From Prolixibacteraceae bacterium (lineage in GTDB: Bacteria > Bacteroidota > Bacteroidia > Bacteroidales > Prolixibacteraceae): a stretch of DNA of 16,167 nt. A program made the position numbers and the translations under genes. Where the stretch lies: contig JAQIBQ010000200.1 in assembly GCA_027859005.1 (NCBI GenBank), forward strand, positions 1-16,167. Reading direction: 5' to 3'. Positions 8,804 to 15,900 of the stretch are shown here, one piece after another; the first letter of the stretch is position 1; every line of letters starts with the position of its first letter. Under the pieces are notes generated by a model. The model saw only the letters and a list, made by a program, of their open reading frames with translations. It made no database searches and had not been told where the DNA came from.

Positions 8804-8935
8804 ATCTGTCAATTCATTGATTGAAATACAGCCTATATCTGTCAACGCATTGACAGTATATTGGCTTTAATCTGTCTGTTCATTGACAGATTAAATAAAT
8901 ATTTCTGTCTTTGTATTGATGAAAAAATACAAGAT
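8804..8935. repeat. Four phased 33-bp repeats, each with a palindromic core (consensus about ATCTGTC-N4-YATTGAYNR)
   Basis: Units start at 8804, 8837, 8870 and 8903. Unit 2 contains CTGTCAA-cgca-TTGACAG, a perfect 7-bp inverted repeat. Unit 3 contains AATCTGTC-tgttcatt-GACAGATT, a perfect 8-bp inverted repeat. Units 1 and 4 are degenerate. The remaining 13 nt or so of each unit are variable. Confidence 0.8.
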
Positions 8936-8986
8936 GGAAGTATTAATTCAGCGCTTTATCAAAAAATACGGCCGTACACAAATTAA

Positions 8987-9298
8987 AACAACCTTAGAAA
9001 ACCTGAGAAAATTTACCTCGACAATCCAACCTGAATGTATGCTATGATGGATAACCAGGCCGATATTGGCAACATTCGCGAAACCTTTTTTTACAACCAG
9101 GTGAGCCAGGTTTACGAAGTAATGGCATCGCCCTATTCCGATTTTTTGGTGAATGGAAAGTTTACTTTTGAAGTTGGAGGAAAAAGCAAAAAGAAGAAGC
9201 AGATTTCGAACATCGAAAATTCGTTTGTGCTAAAAGACGATATCGAAACAGGATACGAAAACGTGGTTCCTTTGTGGCTATTTGGTTTTTTGTATTGA
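8987..9298 (+). pseudogene. 5'-truncated relic of an AAA+ ATPase (family whose C-terminus is ..PLWLFGFLY)
   Basis: The frame reads NNLRKPEKIYLDNPT*MYAMMDNQADIGNIRETFFYNQV...DFLVNGKFTFEVGGKSKKKKQI...VPLWLFGFLY*, with an in-frame TGA at 9032-9034. Only about 100 C-terminal residues of a family I recall as roughly 390 aa are present. There is no room for the ATPase domain upstream. Confidence 0.65.
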
Positions 9299-9304
9299 GG
9301 CTTT

Positions 9305-9337
9305 GCTGAATTCAAAAGGGGCTTGATCAGCTTTTTT
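9305..9337 (+). terminator. Candidate intrinsic terminator after the ATPase relic
   Basis: GCTGA(at)TCAA at 9305-9315 pairs with TTGATCAGC at 9323-9331: 9 bp, a 2-nt bulge and a 7-nt loop. T6 follows at 9332-9337. Confidence 0.4.
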
Positions 9338-9357
9338 CCTTTAAGGAACAAAAAAAA

Positions 9358-9420
9358 AGCTGAATTTCGGTCGTGTTCACGAAACTCAACCTGAGTAATT
9401 CTAACGCGTCCTTAGGTTTC
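9358..9420 (-). pseudogene. Duplicated 3'-end fragment of the QueD/PTPS-family gene
   Basis: The minus-strand translation ET*GRVRITQVEFREHDRNSA matches the C-terminus ETNNRVRITQVEFREHERNSA of the intact gene at 10139-10606. 62 bp (9359-9420) align with 10158-10219 with about 8 mismatches, including a 32-bp identical core. Confidence 0.75.
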
Positions 9421-9534
9421 GGCCAAGCAAGATGATAATTTAATCTATATTCATTCGTATAAATGCCTATCTTGTCGTTTATCAATAATGTGAATTTAAA
9501 AGACTCCAAAAAAGTGTAACCTTAACCTAGTTAA

Positions 9535-10082
9535 ATGAAACTCCTCCTTTTATTTTTAACCTCCTTGCCCCTATTAGTATCTGGTGTAAAAACTTCAGCA
9601 AACCAAGACGAATCGAATCAAAAAAAATCACCATAAACCCGGCATTAAATATTGGTATCGAATCAGGATTATCTTTTCGCCTGGAATGGGAGAATGTCGA
9701 ACAAAGAAAATTTATTTTCAACACCGATGTGGGGCTATTTTTTAAAGATGATACTTATATCATGCTCGATTTAGGAGAGGGATATGGTTATCCGCTTATC
9801 TATTCAAATGGGCATGCACTATTTGCTAATGGATTTCTAACATTCATGCAACAAACCATGCCAATTGGAATGGCACTATTTAGGTATGGACCAACTGCAA
9901 AGCTGGAATTTGAATATCGTAAAACCTGGAATAGATTTTCTGTTCAGGTCGCACCAAACTACAGACAAATGGTACTGTTCAGTAAATTTATGGACTACCC
10001 CTGGAATATTGATTGGAGAAATTCTTTTGGACTTCGACTTGGTTTAATGTACAGCTTCACTCTCAATGGTTCGAGATTGTAA
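9535..10082 (+). pseudogene. Putative small outer-membrane beta-barrel protein, frameshifted at an A8 tract (9620-9627)
   Basis: ATG 9535 opens a signal-peptide ORF (MKLLLLFLTSLPLLVSGVKTSANQDESNQKK) that stops at 9634-9636. The frame used by ORF 9729-10082 is open back to 9531 and reads ..KKITINPALNIGIESGLSFRLEWENVEQRKFIFNTDVGLFF... It shows an alternating beta-strand pattern and a ..LGLMYSF near-C-terminal motif. One extra A (A9) would fuse the two frames. Confidence 0.6.
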
Positions 10083-10138
10083 AATGGTGACATGTAGTGT
10101 TTATAATTCCAAACCTTAACGTTTTGTCCTTGAGTTTC

Positions 10139-10606
10139 CTATTCAGGAATAAAAATGGCTGAATTACGTTCGTGTTCACGAAACTCAACCTGAGTAATTC
10201 TCACGCGGTTGTTGGTTTCTTTTAAAATGAAGGGATTCATTTTTTGATAAATGTATTCGGCATAACGCTCGGCGCCAACATGTGGCATTATTCGCAATTG
10301 AATTAAGCCTTGTTTATCTAATTGTTTGAATAACTCTAAATCGGGATCGTCTTCCGACACGATGGTGGTATGGTCGAACATATAGGCCATCCAGTCTTTG
10401 GGACTCATGCCGTCGATGGTAGACTTTGCCCGTTTCATGCCTCCAAAATCCCACACCCAGTTACGATGATCTAAATCGCCCTCGAACCATAGTTTAAACG
10501 AAACTCCGTAACCGTGAAGGTATTTACAATGCGAATCGGTAGCCCGCCACTGACGGAACACAGTACTGAAACCGTCGAATACTTTGGTAGATTGAAATTT
10601 TGCCAT
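10139..10606 (-). CDS. 6-carboxytetrahydropterin / 6-pyruvoyl-tetrahydropterin synthase (QueD/PTPS) family protein
   Basis: FSTVFRQWRATDSHCKYLHGYGVSFKLWFEGDLDHRNWVWDFGGMK resembles the PTPS/QueD fold signature (His-containing LHGH/Y block, then a DFG block). The ORF-track start at 10615 is TTG and lies inside a tandem repeat. The first ATG (MAKFQSTKV) is at 10606 and sits 26 nt downstream of a TAAATTTG -7 box. Confidence 0.7.
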   Translation of the reverse strand: MAKFQSTKVFDGFSTVFRQWRATDSHCKYLHGYGVSFKLWFEGDLDHRNWVWDFGGMKRAKSTIDGMSPKDWMAYMFDHTTIVSEDDPDLELFKQLDKQGLIQLRIMPHVGAERYAEYIYQKMNPFILKETNNRVRITQVEFREHERNSAIFIPE

Positions 10607-10642
10607 AAAAATCAAATTTAACCTCTAAAAATCAAATTTAAC
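10607..10642 (-). promoter_or_regulatory. Tandem duplication of a 16-bp element, each copy carrying a TAAATTTG -7 box, upstream of the QueD-family gene
   Basis: AAAAATCAAATTTAAC occurs at 10607-10622 and 10627-10642, a 20-bp period. The reverse complement of each copy contains TAAATTTG, which matches TAnnTTTG. Confidence 0.4.
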
Positions 10643-10698
10643 TTAATTTAAGCACAATCATGTTTCATTAACTAGTAAAAATTACTCAAAAAAAGGTC

Positions 10699-10706
10699 TA
10701 TTTTTG
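10699..10706 (+). promoter_or_regulatory. Candidate -7 box (TATTTTTG) for sbcD
   Basis: Matches TAnnTTTG and lies 25 nt upstream of the ATG at 10732. No clear -33 element. Confidence 0.35.
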
Positions 10707-10731
10707 ATATTCAATTCATTTTCGAAACACA

Positions 10732-11946
10732 ATGAAAATTCTCCATACTTCAGATTGGCATTTAGGTAAACGGCTCGATGATTTTTCACGCCTTGAAGAA
10801 CAGAAAGCCATCATGCAAGAAATAGGTACAATTGCAGATACAGAAAAAGTTGATGCTATTTTAATTGCAGGCGATCTATTCGACACCTTCAACCCGCCAA
10901 CCGAGGCCATCGACCTCTTTTATAGAACCTTAAAACAGTTAACCAATAATGGTCAACGCCCAGTGATAGCGATTGCTGGGAATCACGATTCGCCCGATCG
11001 GATTGAGGCACCTGATCCGCTGGCACGCGAATGTGGGATTATATTTGCCGGTTATCCAAACTCGAAAGTTGAGCCCTTTGAATTGGAATCGGGAGTTAAA
11101 GTACTGCATAGCGAAGAAGGATTTCTGGAACTTCAATTACCTAATACCAAAATTCCTTTACGCATTTTACTTACTCCTTATGCCAATGAGTTTCGTTTAA
11201 AAACAAGTTTAGGCCTAGAAAATAGCGAAGAAGAATTGCGCGAAGTATTACAAAGCAGTTGGAATAATTTGGCTGATAAATATTGTGATTCGAAGGGAGT
11301 AAACATCCTCTTGTCTCATCTTTTTGTTGTACGTAAAGGTGACAAAATGCCCGTAGAACCCGATGATGAAAAACCGATACTTCATGTAGGTGGCGCTCAA
11401 GCTGTTCACACCGAAAATATCCCAAAACAAATTCAATATACAGCTTTGGGACACCTGCACCGTATGCATTGTGTAGACAATCAATTTGGATTGGTTTACT
11501 ATTCAGGAAGTCCGTTATCATACAGTTTTGCAGAAGCCAATCAACGGAAATATGCTTTGATAGTTGACATTGAACCAGGACACTTTACCAGTGTTCAAGA
11601 AATTGAACTTACCAAAGGCAAACGCTTATTACGTAAACGTACTGAAGGAATAGAGGAAGCCATTCAGTGGTTAAGCGAAAACCAGGATGCACTTGTTGAA
11701 CTTACACTAGTAACCGAAACATTCCTTACAGCTAAAGAGAGAAGAGAACTTACCGCGGTGCATCAAGGCATTGTATCGGTTATACCTGAAGTGACAAACA
11801 AACAAGAACTTTCAGGAGAAGCTAAAAAGCAAATTGACTTGAGCAAAAGCATGGAAGAACTTTTTATCGACTATTTCAAACACGAAAAAGGCCAAGAACC
11901 CAATGAAGAATTGATGAAGATGTTTAATGAAATGATGGCCGAGTAA
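10732..11946 (+). CDS. sbcD: Exonuclease SbcD (Mre11-like calcineurin-fold phosphoesterase)
   Basis: MKILHTSDWHLGK, ILIAGDLFD and IAIAGNHDS (GNHD at 10978-10989) are the phosphoesterase motifs. Later GHLH. 404 aa. sbcC lies downstream. Confidence 0.9.
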   Translation: MKILHTSDWHLGKRLDDFSRLEEQKAIMQEIGTIADTEKVDAILIAGDLFDTFNPPTEAIDLFYRTLKQLTNNGQRPVIAIAGNHDSPDRIEAPDPLARECGIIFAGYPNSKVEPFELESGVKVLHSEEGFLELQLPNTKIPLRILLTPYANEFRLKTSLGLENSEEELREVLQSSWNNLADKYCDSKGVNILLSHLFVVRKGDKMPVEPDDEKPILHVGGAQAVHTENIPKQIQYTALGHLHRMHCVDNQFGLVYYSGSPLSYSFAEANQRKYALIVDIEPGHFTSVQEIELTKGKRLLRKRTEGIEEAIQWLSENQDALVELTLVTETFLTAKERRELTAVHQGIVSVIPEVTNKQELSGEAKKQIDLSKSMEELFIDYFKHEKGQEPNEELMKMFNEMMAE

Positions 11947-11952
11947 CAAATT

Positions 11953-12180
11953 CACCACAGATTACACAAATGAACACAGATAGAAAAAAAAACATAGAAT
12001 ACAAACAAAATGAAATTTATCCAACTATTGATCTGCGATAATCCGTGATATCTGTGGTGAAAAAAAGGTGCACCACGGATTACACAGAGGCACACCGATT
12101 ATAAAAAATAAAATAATGAAAATTCAGAATAGAAATATTTATACAGCAATTAATCTGCGATAATCCGTGTAATCCGTGGT
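11953..12180. repeat. Two complete imperfect-hairpin repeat modules (A arm, AT-rich loop, B arm) upstream of the GxxExxY gene
   Basis: Module 1 is 11953-12059: CACCACAGAT at 11953-11962 pairs with ATCTGTGGTG at 12050-12059. Module 2 is 12071-12180: ACCACGGATTACAC at 12072-12085 pairs perfectly with GTGTAATCCGTGGT at 12167-12180, plus inner GATTA/TAATC pairing. Confidence 0.8.
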
Positions 12181-12197
12181 AAAAAAATACAATACTC

Positions 12198-12587
12198 ATG
12201 AAAACAACTGATCTTCAAAAACTAAATGAAATATCCTATAAAATAATAGGAGCAGCATATAAAGTACATTCAGAACTTGGTCCAGGATTGCTGGAATCAA
12301 CCTATGAAGTTTGCCTGGAATACGAATTATTGAACTTAGGATTTAAGGTTGAACGTCAGAAAGCATTACCATTGGTCTACGATAAAATAAAACTAGATGC
12401 TGGTTATCGTATTGATCTGCTTGTGGAGGACAACATTATACTGGAATTAAAATCGGTTGAAGAAATTGCCCCCATTCACAAAGCACAAATTATGACCTAT
12501 TTAAAACTTTCAGGACTAAAGCTTGGACTTTTAATGAATTTCAATGTGTTGGATATGAAGAAAGGAATAAAAAGAATAATAATGTAA
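12198..12587 (+). CDS. GxxExxY protein (PD-(D/E)XK nuclease-like small protein family)
   Basis: 129 aa. ISYKIIGAAYKVHSELGPGLLESTYEVCLEYEL carries the eponymous G-LL-E-ST-Y motif. RIDLLVEDNIILELK is a D..(D/E)xK-like block. Ends ..GLLMNFN.. as is typical of the family. Confidence 0.85.
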   Translation: MKTTDLQKLNEISYKIIGAAYKVHSELGPGLLESTYEVCLEYELLNLGFKVERQKALPLVYDKIKLDAGYRIDLLVEDNIILELKSVEEIAPIHKAQIMTYLKLSGLKLGLLMNFNVLDMKKGIKRIIM

Positions 12588-12604
12588 AGTGTCGTTTAGA
12601 TAGA

Positions 12605-12894
12605 TTAATCTGTGGTAAAAATAATTCACCACCGATTACACAGAGGTACACAGATTGAAAAAATGAAAAAACAAAATAGATGTTTTTATCAGTAATTAAT
12701 CTTTGACAATCCGTGATATCTGTGGTAAAAAAAAAATTGCACCACCGATTACACAGAGGTACACAGATTAAAAAAAAAGAAAATTCAGAATAGAAATATT
12801 TATTCAGCTATTAATCTGTGGTTAAAAGAAAAAAGACAATATAAAATACATACGAAGTGAATTTATTCAACTATTAATCCGTATAATCTGTAGT
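12605..12894. repeat. Further copies and partial copies of the same hairpin repeat family, downstream of the GxxExxY gene
   Basis: Orphan B arm at 12605-12616. Module A 12627-12656 / B 12696-12726. Module A 12740-12769 / short B 12811-12822. Orphan loop plus B at 12856-12894. The A arms at 12627 and 12740 are identical over 30 nt. The 40 nt at 12779-12818 match 12118-12157 at 38 of 40 positions. Confidence 0.8.
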
Positions 12895-12905
12895 AAATAC
12901 AAGTT

Positions 12906-15900
12906 ATGATACCAATACAACTCACCATACAAGGTTTATACTCTTATCAGGAGAAACAAACCATTGATTTTACTCAATTAACAGCTGCCAATTTGTTTGG
13001 TATTTTTGGATCTGTTGGATGCGGAAAATCGTCTATTTTAGAAGCCATTACTTTTGCATTGTACGGCAAAACCGATCGTTTAAACCTATCGGGCGACAAC
13101 CGCAATTACAACATGATGAATTTGAAATCGGATGAACTACTTATCGAATTCATTTTTGAAACGGGGAAGGCTCAGACCGCTTATCGGGCAACAGTAGCAG
13201 GTAAAAGAAACAGCAAAAATTTTGAGGATGTAAAAAAACTAGATCGGAAAGCATACAAGAAAATAGATAATCAATGGAGCCCCATCGACACTGACGCTCT
13301 AGAACAAGCTATTGGCTTAAGCTACGAAAACTTCAAACGAACCATTATTATTCCTCAAGGACAATTCCAAGAATTTCTTCAGTTGGGAAATAAGGATCGT
13401 ACCCAAATGATGAAAGAATTATTCAACCTTGCCAAATACGAGTTTTTCTATAAGGTCACTGCTCTAGAGTCGAAAAATAACGCTGCAAAACAAAACATTG
13501 AAGGACAATTACAACAATTAGGTGCAATTGATTTAGAGCAAGTTGGATTGTATAAAACACAGCTCGCCGAACTTGAAAAAGAACTTGTATCTTTTAACCA
13601 AGCTCTTGCAAAACAGCAACAATTCGAGAAGGAATTACAAAACATTCAACAACTTACGCTTAAGAAAACACAAATTGAAAAGGAGTACAATCTTCTTTTG
13701 AACCAACAAGAAAAGCACAAGAAACTGGAAAACAAAATTGCCCGATACGAAGAAGCTCAAATCAAATTCAAACACCAGCTCGATTCATTGCACACAACCA
13801 ATGAGAAACACGAATCGCGTGGGAAACAGATAAAATTTGACACCACCAAACTAAAGGAAGAACAAGCGAACATTGAAAAGCTCACCAAGCTTTTGGACAA
13901 GATAAAACCCGCCTACGAAAACCGCGAAGACTTAAAAAAACGAGCCAACGAACTTACCCTCCTTTTGCAAATGAAAGCATTGAGCAAAACAATTTTAGAG
14001 GAAGAAGATCGCTTAACAAAAGGCGCTCAGGTTTGTAATGAAACCATTAAGCAGTTTGACAAATCGAAAATCGAAAAACAAGAATTAGAAGAGAAAATAA
14101 AAAAGACAAAGAAACTACTACCCGACATCTCGCTGCTTTCCAAAATTAAAACCTGGTTTGTTGAGAAAAACAACTTAGACAAACAGTTGAATGAAACGGA
14201 CAAAGAACTTGTGAATTATGAGGCTGACATTAAGAAATTGAAAGGTGATTTATTTAAAATTCAGCTTCATTCTATTTTTAAAGACCTCCCTAAAGCTGCT
14301 GATTTCGCGGATACGATGCAATACCTTAATAATTATTCGATGCAAATTAAGGTACAACAAAACAAGCTGATCAAGGAAGAAAATCACATCCCGGTAAAGG
14401 CACAAGTAAAAGAATATTCAAAAAACTTGGAAGATGGAAAAGCCTGTCCCCTATGTGGATCACTTGATCATCCTGAAATGTATAAAGCCGATGAAATAAA
14501 TGAAGTTCTCTCCAGATTAGAAAAAAATAAACAGCATTTAGATAAAGAGTTGGAGCAATTATCAACCCTGGTAAATCAAATCAATCAGATTGAAAACCAG
14601 AGCCAACTTATAATTAAGCAAAAACAGTTAGTCGCTGAAAAGAAGAAAGCTAAACAAAAGCAAAATGAGGAACACAACAAACTATTTGTTTGGGATAAAT
14701 ACAAGGAAGAAAAAAAACTAAACAGTGCTTTTCGAGATGCTGATGAAGTACAGAAAGAGCTGAAAGTGCTAGAAAAACATCAAGAAGAAATTGCGAAACG
14801 ATTAGATCTGGAAGAAAAAAACAAAGAGCGGTTTCAAACTGCCGTTGACAAAATTAAAACGTCTCTTACGGTGCACAATACGGAACTAAAAACAATAAGC
14901 AAGCAACTCAAGTCTATTGATACCGAATCGTACAACGAAACTTCTGCTTCTAAAATAGAAGAAGAGAAAGTAGGATTATTGAATGAGTTCGCTCGTCTTG
15001 AAAAAGAGTTCAATGAAAAAAACACGCAATTAACAGAACAAACCAAAGCACACAACACTTTATCTGGGAGTTTACTTGCAAACCAAAATGAGTGGGAGCA
15101 AGAGAAGTTAACTATAGCCGAACTGAACAAACAAGTTCAAGAACAGCTTCAGGCCTCAAGCTTCGACACACTCAATGAAATTAAACAATTGCTTGCAGAA
15201 CCATTCGACTCCAAACGAGAGAAGCAAAAAATTACACAATACAATGAATCACTTGTGAGACATAAATCTCAACTGGATGAAATACAGAAAGAGATTGGAA
15301 ACCAAGTTTATGACAGTGAAGTTCACCAGAAATTACAAGCACAATTGCTTGAGTTGAAACAGTTGATTGACCAAAAAAATCAAGAACAAGGGAAGGTTTC
15401 AGAACTATTGAAGAAGCTAGAGAAAGACATAGAGAACCAATCAAAATTATTAAAGGAAAAAGAGCAGTTAGATTTGAGGGCTGAAAACATTAAAACCATG
15501 AAAGGCCTCTTTAAAGCAAGTGGTTTTGTGAACTACATTTCGTCGGTTTATTTGCAGAACCTTTGTAATGCTGCAAACGACCGTTTTTTCCAACTCACCA
15601 AACAGAAGCTAAGTTTAGAAATCACTGAAGACAATAATTTCCTGGTGCGTGACTTTATGAATGGCGGAAAAACCCGAAATGTTAAAACTCTTTCGGGCGG
15701 ACAAACTTTCCAAGCAGCTTTGTCGCTGGCTCTGGCCTTAGCCGATAACATTCAAAAAATTACAGAATCGAATCAGAATTTCTTCTTCCTTGACGAAGGA
15801 TTTGGCTCCTTAGATAAAGAATCGTTGTCCATTGTTTTTGACACCTTGAAATCCTTACGGAAAGAGAAACGAATTGTTGGAGTAATATCGCATGTAGAAG

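Noticed and set aside
8804-8935. CRISPR array interpretation of the 33-bp repeats, and likewise of the 11953-12894 repeats.
   Set aside because: In the 33-bp array the conserved part is only about 20 nt, the variable parts are about 13 nt, and the units are degenerate, so the geometry is far from CRISPR repeat/spacer dimensions. The sbcDC-cassette repeats occur as inverted arm pairs, not as direct repeats with unique spacers. No cas genes are present.
9329-9361. Palindrome AGCTTTTTT...AAAAAAGCT next to the ATPase relic and queD fragment.
   Set aside because: The stem is almost entirely A:T with a 15-nt interior. It is probably just the T6 tail of the terminator at 9305-9337 facing the A-run of the duplicated queD 3' flank.
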